Source of the DNA: a virus
Taxonomy: Duplodnaviria > Caudoviricetes
IMG/VR virus record: IMGVR_UViG_3300032321_002024
Coordinates: 198,604 to 262,603 of that record
DNA length: 64,000 bases
Direction: 5' to 3' (one strand)
The position numbers and the translations under genes are program-made. The notes beneath the pieces are model-generated. The model saw nothing but the letters and a program-made list of their open reading frames with translations, did no database searches and had not been told where the DNA came from. Positions 45,319 to 55,649 of this stretch are shown piece by piece. How positions within the stretch are numbered: the first letter of the stretch is position 1; each line of letters opens with the position of its first letter.

Positions 45319-46307
45319 TATTTAGAAACTTCTTTTTTCTCTCTAGGTTTTCTAGTAGTTTTTGGTTTAGTTGGTAACTCACCTTCTTTCAATATTCTAT
45401 CAGCTGGTGGCGGAGGTGGGTTTCTATGACCCGGCATATGTGTTGGATTTAATTGAGTAACTGAATCTGTTATTTGGTCATTTACTTTTGTTTCTGTTTT
45501 AACAACTTCACCGCCAAAAACTAGCTGTTTAATTCTATTTTTTACAGACTCTCTAATTAAAGAAGGATTTTGTAAAATTTTGTTAGTAAACTCATCAGCC
45601 AAAAAGTCAATCATTGAAATTTCATAAGAATCTTCCATCATTTCAATAAAGTCTAATCTTGGAATTTTATCAGAAATATCCACTGATATTTTAAAATCAA
45701 CATTCCTTTTTGTTCTTTTGAACATTGTGATAATTGGATCTTCAGTAGCCACCGGTTGTGTAACTTCTGCTCTGATAGGTTGAGAAATTTCTTCTCTTTG
45801 AACTTCAACACGTTGAACTGGTTCATTTACCATTTGGTTAAACACTTGAGGTAATTCATTTTCTGATTCATCACCTAATATTTTTGCAAAAGCCTCATTT
45901 TGTTTTTGCAAACTTTGTGTTGTATCTTCGGTAACTCCATATTTTCTAGCTAATTCAGCTCTTTCGTCTTCTTCAGTTGTCATAACAACTGCACTTTCAT
46001 TTGCGTTAGGAGAGAATTGCATATCAGAATTATAAGTTGGACTTACATTTATAGTTGAACTTGATTCATCATCTTTAATCATATGCGTTGGAATAGTTTT
46101 TATTTTTTCAGCTAAAGTATTATAAGCTGATTGATTTGAAAAAAAACTACTCGGATCAATTTCTTCTGTAAAAGCCGAAGGATTCAATAATTCACCAACG
46201 GTTGTTCTTTGTTTATTTTCCAGAATTGCAATATTTTCAAATGTACTGATTACTTTTACTACTTCACCAGTTTTATTATTTCTAAATTTTTTATTATCTA
46301 AGCTCAT
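45318..46307 (-). CDS. Hypothetical protein
   Basis: ORF, low-complexity C-terminus. Confidence 0.7.
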   Translation of the reverse strand: MSLDNKKFRNNKTGEVVKVISTFENIAILENKQRTTVGELLNPSAFTEEIDPSSFFSNQSAYNTLAEKIKTIPTHMIKDDESSSTINVSPTYNSDMQFSPNANESAVVMTTEEDERAELARKYGVTEDTTQSLQKQNEAFAKILGDESENELPQVFNQMVNEPVQRVEVQREEISQPIRAEVTQPVATEDPIITMFKRTKRNVDFKISVDISDKIPRLDFIEMMEDSYEISMIDFLADEFTNKILQNPSLIRESVKNRIKQLVFGGEVVKTETKVNDQITDSVTQLNPTHMPGHRNPPPPPADRILKEGELPTKPKTTRKPREKKEVSK

Positions 46308-46390
46308 AAAAGAGAATCAATTTTTTGAAGTATATATAACTTTAGTTTCTTTTTATATCAATAAAAATTCTATAAGTTTTATATAAAACA

Positions 46391-46417
46391 AAAAATCCCA
46401 CAAAAAAGTGGGATTCT
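46391..46417 (-). terminator. Intrinsic terminator after the SSB gene
   Basis: AATCCCAC/GTGGGATT hairpin with A-tract on the + strand. Confidence 0.65.
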
Positions 46418-46436
46418 TAAATTAATGTGATGCTAA

Positions 46437-47402
46437 TTACATATCAGCGAAGAAATCATCTTCTTCTTCATCAGTAACTGATGATGTAGTTGATGAGAAA
46501 GTATCTTCAAAATCAAAGTCACCTGAAGATGGTTTTGATTCAGTTTTACCATTTGAGTAAGAAGAAGAAGCTTTACCAGTCAAGAAATTTGTAATTTCAT
46601 TGATTTTAGATTGTTGTTCTTCACTCAATTTCTTAGGTGAATACTCTTCTAATTCATGATCTCTTTCTAATAAGAATTCTCTGATTTTACCTTGAACAGA
46701 AGCTTCAATTTTACCTTCATTAAGAGGTGCGTTTTTGAAAGCTCCTTTCTCTTTAAAGTAAATTGGAAGAGAAGTAGTTTCTGGTTTGAACATACTCATT
46801 TTGTAATCAGGGTAGGTTTCATCTCCAGTTTGAATTTCTTTAACTACAAGAACGAAATCTTTTCCTGCTGCTAAATCAAAAACATTACAAGGAACTCCAG
46901 AGATTTCTCCGTTCTTTTCAGCCATAATTTTGTCTTTGATAGTTTTACCATATTGGAAAATCATAATTTTACCAACATTTTCTGATTGTTGTTCATCCTC
47001 AAGAACTAAAACATAAGAATAATATTTTTTAGAATACTTCAATTGTTTTGACTTCTCCATAAGGATAGCGTTTTTAGAATTTTGCATTGTGTAATACAAA
47101 TCAGTCAAAGCACATTTCTCATTGAAATTCTTTGGACTATCGAACCAACCGCTCAATTCTTTTGGATTTTTGATATCAACATAGTGAGTAACTTTCTCAA
47201 TTGCTGATTGACCAACTTTACCATCTTTGGTCAAATTAGGAAGAAATCTTACTACAGATCTCCATCCTTTCTTTTTGTCCTTACATTTAGAAAGGTCAAC
47301 ACGGTAAATACCGTCGTTGTTTGTTGTTGTTTTTTGCTCATTTAAGAAGTCCATTTTGCTGTCTAATCCTCCATTAAATAAATCATCAAATTCATTTGCC
47401 AT
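46437..47402 (-). CDS. T4 gp32-like single-stranded DNA-binding protein
   Basis: VRFLP, GKIMIFQYGKTIKDKI, FDL..GKDFVL, YPDY, acidic DDFFADM tail. Confidence 0.85.
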   Translation of the reverse strand: MANEFDDLFNGGLDSKMDFLNEQKTTTNNDGIYRVDLSKCKDKKKGWRSVVRFLPNLTKDGKVGQSAIEKVTHYVDIKNPKELSGWFDSPKNFNEKCALTDLYYTMQNSKNAILMEKSKQLKYSKKYYSYVLVLEDEQQSENVGKIMIFQYGKTIKDKIMAEKNGEISGVPCNVFDLAAGKDFVLVVKEIQTGDETYPDYKMSMFKPETTSLPIYFKEKGAFKNAPLNEGKIEASVQGKIREFLLERDHELEEYSPKKLSEEQQSKINEITNFLTGKASSSYSNGKTESKPSSGDFDFEDTFSSTTSSVTDEEEDDFFADM

Positions 47403-47483
47403 AATTGCTTTTTATTTTTTGTTATTCAGTTTTTAAACTGATACTAATTATATTAATAATTATTAGTTAAGTTTAATTATTTT

Positions 47484-48191
47484 TTATATATTAGCTTCTT
47501 TTTTTTTAATAATTGAAGTAGTGGATCCAAACTTAACCTTGAATATTTTAATATATTCTATTTGTTCTAATAGTTGAGTAAAATCATGTCCACTTATATA
47601 ATATTGATTATTTTCTCTTATACAACCTGCTTGTAAATCATATAAAAGTTCTAATGTTCTATTATGTTGATTTCCACCAAAAAGGTCCCAAACATGACCA
47701 GCTGCGTATATAATATTTTCAGAAGTGTGTAAGTCCTCTAAAACATAATAACCACCCGGGTTAAGTTTATTATTAAATAAAACATTAAGTGTTATTTGTT
47801 GTTGTAACATAGTATGACCGCCATCTTCAATTATAATATCTAAATTGTCAGGTAAAGTAAGTAATTCAGATTCTTTCTCTTGATTAACTACAAATGTTTT
47901 TGCAGTTGGTGGTATTTCAATATTTGAATAAATTCCACCTTCATAAGTTAAAGAGGTTTCTTTTCTTTCGGATTCAGTCATAATATCTGCTGCAAAAATT
48001 TCAGCATTTTTGAAATAGTCTCTCCACATATTAATTGAAGCTCCCATCCAAATTCCAACCTCTAAGAATCTAATATTTTTATCTCTTAGATGTGAAAAAG
48101 CTTCATCGTAAACATTAGTAAAAAGATGTTCAGCTTTATCCGTTCTGTGTTTTACAGCTATATCGTGTAATGATTGAGTTTCTAAATTCAT
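47484..48191 (-). CDS. Class I SAM-dependent (sugar O-) methyltransferase
   Basis: TDK, LEVGIWMGAS..MW.DYF, DIIIEDGGH, PGGYYVLEDL. Confidence 0.85.
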   Translation of the reverse strand: MNLETQSLHDIAVKHRTDKAEHLFTNVYDEAFSHLRDKNIRFLEVGIWMGASINMWRDYFKNAEIFAADIMTESERKETSLTYEGGIYSNIEIPPTAKTFVVNQEKESELLTLPDNLDIIIEDGGHTMLQQQITLNVLFNNKLNPGGYYVLEDLHTSENIIYAAGHVWDLFGGNQHNRTLELLYDLQAGCIRENNQYYISGHDFTQLLEQIEYIKIFKVKFGSTTSIIKKKEANI

Positions 48192-48222
48192 AATTATTTT
48201 TAAAGTGTTTAATATTATATTA

Positions 48223-48918
48223 TTACTTCATAAAATGTTTTACTAATTCTTTCTCTAGAGTTGTGTGACGAAATGAGTCGCTTGAAAATACTTTAGTCAA
48301 ATTCTGATAAGTCTCATCATCTACATTATAAAAAGTTAAATCCATTCCAATTACATCTATCAGATTTCCCGTATTTTTATTTGCAAAACTTTCTTCCCAA
48401 ACCTCACTAATTGGTCTAAAATCAGTAGCATCATATAATCTTTCTAATGACTCAAAAACTAATTTTTTATTTTTACTTTCAAAAAATCCTAAGTTAAATT
48501 TAATTACAGGATAGGCTCTAATTTTACCATTCTCTATATTTTCCCAAATTAATTTATTACTTTCATTTACATCTTTTTTACTAATGAAAATTCCATTAAT
48601 CCATTTTTCTGTCATATAATGGTTTCTTTTATCATTTACATCTAAAAATAAATCTGACCAACTATCACCGTGTAATATATCTGGTGTCAAACTTTCCCAA
48701 TCTGTGTGATTTTCAACAGCATAAAAAAATTGATATTTTAATTCACCGGTAATTGGTTCGTATGGAAAAAAAGAATAACCGTATGTGAAATTTTTAAGTG
48801 GTTGAAATAAAATTTCATCATCGTATAATTCAATAAAGAATTCTTTTACCTCTTCTTCAGTTGGAAAATTAATATTATTTAATGATTCAAATAATTTATA
48901 TGTTTTTAAATATTTCAT
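48223..48918 (-). CDS. Putative capsid-internal protein (MKYLKTYKLFES tag)
   Basis: Shared N-terminal motif. Confidence 0.65.
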   Translation of the reverse strand: MKYLKTYKLFESLNNINFPTEEEVKEFFIELYDDEILFQPLKNFTYGYSFFPYEPITGELKYQFFYAVENHTDWESLTPDILHGDSWSDLFLDVNDKRNHYMTEKWINGIFISKKDVNESNKLIWENIENGKIRAYPVIKFNLGFFESKNKKLVFESLERLYDATDFRPISEVWEESFANKNTGNLIDVIGMDLTFYNVDDETYQNLTKVFSSDSFRHTTLEKELVKHFMK

Positions 48919-49466
48919 TTGTTTATCTTCTCTTTTAACTTATTGACCACTTCTTTTATTTCTGGATTCTCACACTTTATTATTGACTTTATGACTTTTA
49001 CAGCTTCTTTAGCTGCTAACAAACCAACAGATTTTTCTTCATAATTGAATATTACATTATACTCACCTTTCTTTCCTGTTCCTCTAGTTCTTCCAAAACC
49101 AGTGTTATGTCCAGCTAATGTTTGTAATTCTAAAGCGATGTGTTCTACAATATGACCAAGCCAAGTTCCTTTTTTAACTCTTTTAAAAAAACCACCTTTT
49201 CTTCCTACTGAGCATCTATGTTCATTCATCGAAGGTATGTATTTTTTTATATTTTCATAAAAATTTGGAATTTCATTTGATGGAAATTCTTCCCATTTTC
49301 CTAAATCTAAAATCATATGAATTAACTTATCTTTGGTATTATGCCACTTATTCTTACCTTCAATTGTTTTTAATTCAACAATTTTAAGATTGGAAATATT
49401 AGGTAGTTTTACTTCCTCTTGTTTTTTTGATTCAAATAATTTATATGATTCTATATACTTCATCAC
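48915..49466 (-). CDS. Stand-alone cyanophycin synthetase N-terminal domain with packaging-like tag
   Basis: EHRCSVGRKGGFFKRVKKGTWLGHIVEHIALELQTLAG..GFGRTR, containing the Cx19HxxEH motif. Confidence 0.85.
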   Translation of the reverse strand: MMKYIESYKLFESKKQEEVKLPNISNLKIVELKTIEGKNKWHNTKDKLIHMILDLGKWEEFPSNEIPNFYENIKKYIPSMNEHRCSVGRKGGFFKRVKKGTWLGHIVEHIALELQTLAGHNTGFGRTRGTGKKGEYNVIFNYEEKSVGLLAAKEAVKVIKSIIKCENPEIKEVVNKLKEKINK

Positions 49467-50299
49467 ATCTTCAATAATATTTTTAAGGTATAGTCATATA
49501 TTGGACTTGATGTATCAAAGTATCTTTCTTTTCTTGAAAATGGCCAAAGTATATCTTCATAATCTAATTCTGCTGTAATTAAATCTATTCTTTCATCTAA
49601 TTCCTTTTCTAAGTCTAATAAACTCATCTTACCTGTTCTGTGAGAATCAGTTGATGACCAACCACCAATATCAATTACAATACCTGGTTGATACATACTA
49701 AGCACATTTTCTGGAGAATAAAATTTAAGACTTTTCATCTCATATTCTTTAAGCTCTGAAAACTCTGAAAAGTCAAAATTTTGACATTGCCACTTTTTAT
49801 CTGTAACAAATTCAGCCTCTGGTGTCATTCTAAAGTTAACTTCAGGATCTCTTAATCTTGAATAAGATACCGTTGGTTTAACAATCTCAAAAATTATATT
49901 ATGTAAAATATAACTTTTTCTTTTCATATCATCTGATTCAAAAATAGGCATAGTTCCATTATACTTAAGATCGTTGCTGTCATTTACTCTATCATAATCT
50001 CCATAAATAACGGCACAATAAATATTCTTTTCTTTTTCATCAGGCAGAGTGTCATAGATTTCTATCATTGCACTATTGATATGATTTAAATCAACTTCTG
50101 AAAATATTTCAAACATTCTATCAACATGAGATTTTATTTTATTCCACCAACCATCACCTACAAAATGGTCAGTCCACCTCTCTAATTGTGATATATCAGA
50201 ATTAGAAAAATGATTATTTCTAAGATAATCATAGAAGTCAAAAATAGAATAATCTAAATTTACTGACTCATTAAATTGTATGTAGTTTTTAATTCTCAT
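49463..50299 (-). CDS. Putative capsid-internal protein (MRIKNYIQFNES tag)
   Basis: Shared N-terminal motif. Confidence 0.65.
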   Translation of the reverse strand: MRIKNYIQFNESVNLDYSIFDFYDYLRNNHFSNSDISQLERWTDHFVGDGWWNKIKSHVDRMFEIFSEVDLNHINSAMIEIYDTLPDEKEKNIYCAVIYGDYDRVNDSNDLKYNGTMPIFESDDMKRKSYILHNIIFEIVKPTVSYSRLRDPEVNFRMTPEAEFVTDKKWQCQNFDFSEFSELKEYEMKSLKFYSPENVLSMYQPGIVIDIGGWSSTDSHRTGKMSLLDLEKELDERIDLITAELDYEDILWPFSRKERYFDTSSPIYDYTLKILLKM

Positions 50300-50700
50300 T
50301 AAAACGGATATTGTTCTTCTTTCTCTTCACCTGCAAATATATTAATGTGTATTGAATAAGCATATACATCAAAATTAACTTTATAAGTTGGATATTCTTC
50401 TGATAATCTATTTAAAGCAACTTCAACCTCTTGTAGCAATTCACTATTAGATTTTATATCATTTATATAGTCTAATAATTTTGAATTTTCAATTTTCATA
50501 GAACGACTAGTGTCTCTTGTTTCTGGATTAGACTTTTTAACTTTCAAATCTATAGTTATATACTTCCCGAAGTCTCCATAACTATTTTCATATTCTCTTA
50601 TCTCAGCTTTATTGTCATCTAATAATTCAGCGAAGCACTGATAGATATAATCATAATCTATATCAGTTTTACTTTCATTAAATTTTCTTAATCTTTTCAT
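50299..50700 (-). CDS. Putative capsid-internal protein (MKRLRKFNES tag; ORF track starts at 50727)
   Basis: Motif places the start at 50700, overlapping the previous stop. Confidence 0.65.
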   Translation of the reverse strand: MKRLRKFNESKTDIDYDYIYQCFAELLDDNKAEIREYENSYGDFGKYITIDLKVKKSNPETRDTSRSMKIENSKLLDYINDIKSNSELLQEVEVALNRLSEEYPTYKVNFDVYAYSIHINIFAGEEKEEQYPF

Positions 50701-51119
50701 ATCTTTTTTAATTTTATAGATATCCAAATAATTGGGTAATCAACTTTTACTTCATCTGGTTGGAATGGCGCACCATATACACTTTTAACAAAAAATCCTT
50801 CATCAGTAATATTAACATCCTTAGATTGTTGTTTATGAAATGGATGATTTATTGAGACATGATCTACTTCAAATCCTTCGTATGGAGCAAATTTTTTTAA
50901 TCTTAAAATACAATCAATAATATCATTATCAACTTCAAATGGACTAACTTGTGGGAAAGAAATCGATCCCCCAAGTTTTTTTATACCTATTAGATATTGA
51001 CCAACTTTTTCTAAATTAAGTATATCAATGGTAAATCCACTATCTTCTAAATCATAAAAAATAGATTTTATATCATTTTCTATATCACTAAAATTTTCAT
51101 ATAGTTTTAAAAACCTCAT
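50697..51119 (-). CDS. Putative capsid-internal protein (MRFLKLYENF tag)
   Basis: Shared motif; late motif at 51125-33. Confidence 0.65.
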   Translation of the reverse strand: MRFLKLYENFSDIENDIKSIFYDLEDSGFTIDILNLEKVGQYLIGIKKLGGSISFPQVSPFEVDNDIIDCILRLKKFAPYEGFEVDHVSINHPFHKQQSKDVNITDEGFFVKSVYGAPFQPDEVKVDYPIIWISIKLKKI

Positions 51120-51176
51120 AAGAGTATATATTAAAAATGAATATTTATTTCTATCTTTGTAGAAATAAATAAGAAT

Positions 51177-51365
51177 ATGGCAAAAGAAAGAGACTTAATC
51201 AGATTGGAAAAAGAAATCAAAAGTAAAATGGATCAGATTAAAAATAAAAAATTAACACCATCTGAATCCGGAATTGGTAAACTTTTAAATCTGATAAAAA
51301 GTTTTGATGAGCCTCTTTTCGAGAAGTTAATATCTGAGTATAAGAAAATATTAGTAGGTCTCTGA
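51177..51365 (+). CDS. Small hypothetical early protein
   Basis: TATCTTTG at 51152-59 upstream. Confidence 0.65.
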   Translation: MAKERDLIRLEKEIKSKMDQIKNKKLTPSESGIGKLLNLIKSFDEPLFEKLISEYKKILVGL

Positions 51366-51392
51366 ACTATTGCAATTGTGCGATATTAAAAA

Positions 51393-51662
51393 TTAATAGA
51401 ATTTATCTTTAAGATCGAATTCTACAGGTTCATCATCTTCTGTTTCTTCTGTATCAAAGTCAAAACCCATACTAACTAAATTTGACATAACTAAATCAAT
51501 AGTGTGCGAATCGGCTCCTCTTTGTTCCATATAGTTTTCAAAATCTTCAACTGTAAAAGAACCTTTTTCATCTTTTAATTGTTGTAGTTTTGGTAGAATA
51601 TCATTAGCAATATCTTCTGTGATATCAGTTCCGTAGTTTTCAAATGTTTTTAAGTATTTCAT
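51393..51662 (-). CDS. Small acidic protein with MKYLKTFENY tag
   Basis: Shared motif. Confidence 0.7.
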   Translation of the reverse strand: MKYLKTFENYGTDITEDIANDILPKLQQLKDEKGSFTVEDFENYMEQRGADSHTIDLVMSNLVSMGFDFDTEETEDDEPVEFDLKDKFY

Positions 51663-51664
51663 AA

Positions 51665-51952
51665 TTATTTCTTCTTTTTACTTTCCGCTGGAAATGGACC
51701 TAATAGACCTTTGACGTTCCATCCTGGTATAAACTTTTTATTGTGTTTTTCAAAATCTTCATAAGATTCAATTCCTGTATCAACAGCATTTTGATAGTAT
51801 TGAATATTGGCTCCTTGTTTATTTAAGTCAGATATTCTGTCTCCAATATCAACACCCTTAGTCATTTTTCTAAGTTTATTCCACTGATCTACAGTATGTT
51901 GACGAGGAAGTGATTCATTTACCTCAAATTCTTCAAATCTTAATAATCTCAT
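51665..51952 (-). CDS. Protein with MRLLRFEEFEVNES tag
   Basis: Shared motif. Confidence 0.7.
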   Translation of the reverse strand: MRLLRFEEFEVNESLPRQHTVDQWNKLRKMTKGVDIGDRISDLNKQGANIQYYQNAVDTGIESYEDFEKHNKKFIPGWNVKGLLGPFPAESKKKK

Positions 51953-51955
51953 CTT

Positions 51956-53014
51956 TTATATTTCAATATTTAAGTTAAATTGTGCTGGTGAGTCTGTATC
52001 TTCTCTTGTGATACTTACACTCAACTTTTCATCTCCGTGATAAACAGAACAAATCACTTCGTAATTTGGAAACATATCTTCAATTGCAGAAGTGACAGCT
52101 GATTGTATTCTCATTGTATCAATTTCTCCATACTCTACTGATTGATTGAATTCCTCTTCAGAACTCATTCCAAATAATTCATAATTTTCCGAGTCAATAG
52201 ATCCATAAGGAAATGTTTGTTTAATTCTATTTTTTTCATCCTCTTCAAGTTGGTCATCATGATCTATGATTTCCAAATTTTCATTTATTGAAAACGATTC
52301 AAAAGTTTTTAAATATTTTAATGTTTTAGATTCAGACATTTGTTCAGATGGAACTTTATCAAAAAATTCTTTGCTACACTTGAAGTAAAAACCATTTTGT
52401 TTAAATTCATTTCTATTCATTGGAATTTCCTTACCATCAATTTTTCCATCTTGGAAGTCAGGATAAGTTGTCCAAAGTGTTATTAGACCTTTACCTTCAA
52501 CTTCACCTATCTTAGCACCAACAACAGTTAAAAAATTTGTTTTTGTTGCTTCTTCTTCTTTTAATATAATTGTTTCTTTAACTTTAGTGTCTCTTACTGG
52601 TCTCTCATATGTGTATGATTTAAAACCATCCATTTCATCATTTTTTAATTTATCATCATATCCAATAGTTACAAAACCCACATCAATTCCAGCATCTTTT
52701 CCTGTCCAAGCAGTTCTAAAAGGAGGTTTATCTCCTACTTCTGGTTCAAATTTTGAGATTACAGTTTCAACTCCTTTTTTCCAATTTTGTGTATAGTATG
52801 AACCTGGAGCATCTCCTAATTCAACACTTGGTGCCATATGTGATTTGATATGATCTAAAGTTCCTTTTGAGATATAAATTATCCATTTATCTGAATAAAC
52901 TAATTTCTCTTCAGTCACATCTTTGTCTGATACATATTGATTTTCATCAATTATCTTTTTAATCTCTGAAATTGTTGATTCCTCTAAGTTTTCAAATAAT
53001 CTAAGATATCTCAT
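51956..53014 (-). CDS. Two-module protein with N-terminal and internal tags
   Basis: MRYLRLFENLEES and internal LKYLKTFESFSINE; late motif at 53035-43. Confidence 0.7.
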   Translation of the reverse strand: MRYLRLFENLEESTISEIKKIIDENQYVSDKDVTEEKLVYSDKWIIYISKGTLDHIKSHMAPSVELGDAPGSYYTQNWKKGVETVISKFEPEVGDKPPFRTAWTGKDAGIDVGFVTIGYDDKLKNDEMDGFKSYTYERPVRDTKVKETIILKEEEATKTNFLTVVGAKIGEVEGKGLITLWTTYPDFQDGKIDGKEIPMNRNEFKQNGFYFKCSKEFFDKVPSEQMSESKTLKYLKTFESFSINENLEIIDHDDQLEEDEKNRIKQTFPYGSIDSENYELFGMSSEEEFNQSVEYGEIDTMRIQSAVTSAIEDMFPNYEVICSVYHGDEKLSVSITREDTDSPAQFNLNIEI

Positions 53015-53046
53015 ATTAATTATTATTTTTTAATTATATATTAAAT

Positions 53047-53075
53047 AAAAAAACCCACTTCTTTGAAGTGGGTTT
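53047..53075 (-). terminator. Intrinsic terminator after nrdB
   Basis: AAACCCACTTC-TTT-GAAGTGGGTTT hairpin. Confidence 0.75.
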
Positions 53076-53098
53076 AAACAAAAAAAGAAAAAAAACGA

Positions 53099-54058
53099 TT
53101 AGAAATCATCATCTAAGTTATCAAAGTCGATAGCTTTGTCAGATGCCTTTTGATATTCAGAAACTCTCTTTTCAAAAAAGTTAGACTTGTTTTGTAAAGA
53201 CAACATTTCCATAAAATCAAATGGATTTTCCACACCGAAGACCTTCGGACAACCTAATTCGGTTAACCAAAAGTCAGCAACATACTCAATGTATTGTTGC
53301 ATAAGTTTTGCATTCATTCCGATAAGAGCAACTGGAAGAGAATCTGTAATAAATTCTTTTTCAATCTCAACAGCTTCGCAAATAATTTCTTTGATTCTTT
53401 CTTCAGTGACTTTATTTTGGATATGTTTGGTATGTAAAAGACAAGCAAACATACAGTGAAGACCTTCATCTCTTGAAATCAATTCATTTGAAAAAGTAAG
53501 ACCAGGCATCAATCCTCTTTTCTTTAACCAGAAAATAGCACAAAAAGAACCAGAAAAGAAAATTCCTTCAACTGCCGCAAAAGCAATAAGTCTTTCAGCA
53601 AAAGATTCAGAGTTAATCCATTTAAGAGCCCACTCAGCTTTTTTAGTTACAGCTGGAACTGTTTGAATAGCATTGAAAAGATAATCTCTTTCTTTTGAAT
53701 CTTTGATATAAGTATCAATTAAAAGAGAATATGTTTCAGAGTGAACATTCTCCATAGCTATCTGAAATCCATAAAAACATTTTGCTTCTGGATACTGAAC
53801 TTCTTTAAGGAAGTTTTCAGCCAGATTCTCATTTACAATACCATCAGATGCCGCAAAGAATGCTAGCACGTGTTTGATGTAATGTTTTTCATCATCATTT
53901 AGTTTTTCATTCCAGTCGGTAAGATCTTGTGCTAAGTCAATTTCTTCTGCTGTCCAGAATGAATGTTCTGCAGTTTTGTAAAGTTCCCAGATGTCATTAT
54001 ATTTCAATGGAAATAAAACAAAACGATTTGGATTTTCAGTTAGTATATGTTCGCTCAT
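53099..54058 (-). CDS. nrdB: Ribonucleotide reductase class Ia beta subunit
   Basis: [48 protein letters not shown]. Confidence 0.95.
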   Translation of the reverse strand: MSEHILTENPNRFVLFPLKYNDIWELYKTAEHSFWTAEEIDLAQDLTDWNEKLNDDEKHYIKHVLAFFAASDGIVNENLAENFLKEVQYPEAKCFYGFQIAMENVHSETYSLLIDTYIKDSKERDYLFNAIQTVPAVTKKAEWALKWINSESFAERLIAFAAVEGIFFSGSFCAIFWLKKRGLMPGLTFSNELISRDEGLHCMFACLLHTKHIQNKVTEERIKEIICEAVEIEKEFITDSLPVALIGMNAKLMQQYIEYVADFWLTELGCPKVFGVENPFDFMEMLSLQNKSNFFEKRVSEYQKASDKAIDFDNLDDDF

Positions 54059-54136
54059 AAATTATTAATTAGATTATTTAGATTATATATTGTAAAAACA
54101 GATGGTTGTTTAGTAAAATTTGAAACTTTATAAAAC

Positions 54137-54226
54137 GAAAAAGGGGAGTAGCGAAGTCCCCTTTTTCTATTTAGTGTAACTAAATACCGGTCCTAAAGAT
54201 GGGACTTTCGTCCTCCGGTTTCTGTA
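54137..54226 (-). ncRNA. Candidate ~90-nt structured small RNA with own late-type promoter and terminator
   Basis: Minus strand: TTATATATAA, then ACCGG..GGAC-GAAA-GTCC..CCGGT, ATTTAG/CTAAAT, then AAAAAGGGGA..TCCCCTTTTT. Confidence 0.45.
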
Positions 54227-54303
54227 TTATATATAAAAATTATCTTCTGTATTTAAACTTTTACAATTTAATCTATAAAAACTAAGTATTAAAAATCTTA
54301 AAA

Positions 54304-54615
54304 ATGGTAAAACACGAAATTAAAGTTGAATTAAACAAAACAGAAGAAATCAGACAGATTATTGAAAAGGCTTATTACGAAGAAGGATTTGGAGGTAAAA
54401 TCATTGGTAAAAAACATTTTCTAACTATAAATCAAGAAGATGATATCAACTGGACAATCTTTAATGGTTTACACAACTCAACAGTAAAAATAGTAAATGA
54501 AGAAGTTATCGACGGAACTATGAGATTTGTCATTGATGAGTCTGAGGGAGAAGTTAGACTTTACCCTATCTCTGTTTATTGTATCAAAGAAGAAGATAGA
54601 TATATCTTTTATTAA
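54304..54615 (+). CDS. Hypothetical protein
   Basis: ORF. Confidence 0.7.
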   Translation: MVKHEIKVELNKTEEIRQIIEKAYYEEGFGGKIIGKKHFLTINQEDDINWTIFNGLHNSTVKIVNEEVIDGTMRFVIDESEGEVRLYPISVYCIKEEDRYIFY

Positions 54616-54632
54616 AAAATAATCACATATTT

Positions 54633-55649
54633 ATGAAATTTGACTGGAATGATATTTCAATAGTGCCTGAAACTTTGAGTAGTATCTCTTCAAGAAAAGA
54701 AGTTGATCCTACATATAGTGGTAAATTACCAATTTTCACAGCACCTATGGATAAAGTAATTGATGAAACTAATGTTAATCAATTTGTTGAGAATAATATT
54801 AATGTTTGTTTACCTCGTCATGTCAAATATGAAGTGTTAAAAAACGAAGATTATTTCTACTCTTATGGATTGGATGAGATAATTGAAATTTTAGATAAAA
54901 AATCAAAACTTCCTAAACGAATTTTAATTGATGTAGCAAATGGTCACATGCAAAAACTATATGATACTGCTAAGAAAATTAAACAAACTTATGGTGATAA
55001 AATTGAATTGATGATAGGGAATATCGCCAACCCAGATACTTATAAAAAGTATTGTGAAATAGGCGTCGATTATATACGAGTGGGTATTGGTGGTGGTTCG
55101 GCTTGCACAACCTCCGCCAATGTCTCCATTCACTATCCAATGGCTTCTTTAATTTCAGAGTGTGCTTATTTCAAATCTATTTATGATAAACCAACTAAGA
55201 TTGTAGCTGACGGTGGTTTCAGAAATTTCTCCGATATTATAAAAGCCTTAGCTTTAGGTGCTGACTATGTAATGCTTGGTGGTATATTTAACAAATGTTT
55301 AGATAGTTGTGGTGAAACATTTATGAAAGACTCACAATCTCAATACTACCAGGTGGATTTTTTAAAGGCAATGAACGCATTTGATGCTGGAGTAGATGTC
55401 TATAAATATTATAGAGGAATGTCTACTAAAGAAGTTCAAAAGTCTTGGAATCGTTCTGAGCTTAAAACTGGTGAGGGAATTACTAAATATAATAAAGTAG
55501 AATATACTTTAGAAGGATGGTGTGAAAACTTCACTGATTACTTAAAATCAGCAATGTCTTATTGTGATAGTAGAAATCTTAATGAATTTATTGGCGAAGT
55601 TAGATATGAAATTATTTCACAGAACTCATTTATGAGATTCAATAAGTAA
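54633..55649 (+). CDS. guaC: GMP reductase/IMP dehydrogenase family protein
   Basis: APMD, IDVANGH, RVGIGGGSACTT, IVADGG, KALALGADYVMLG, YRGMS; no CBS domains. Confidence 0.8.
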   Translation: MKFDWNDISIVPETLSSISSRKEVDPTYSGKLPIFTAPMDKVIDETNVNQFVENNINVCLPRHVKYEVLKNEDYFYSYGLDEIIEILDKKSKLPKRILIDVANGHMQKLYDTAKKIKQTYGDKIELMIGNIANPDTYKKYCEIGVDYIRVGIGGGSACTTSANVSIHYPMASLISECAYFKSIYDKPTKIVADGGFRNFSDIIKALALGADYVMLGGIFNKCLDSCGETFMKDSQSQYYQVDFLKAMNAFDAGVDVYKYYRGMSTKEVQKSWNRSELKTGEGITKYNKVEYTLEGWCENFTDYLKSAMSYCDSRNLNEFIGEVRYEIISQNSFMRFNK

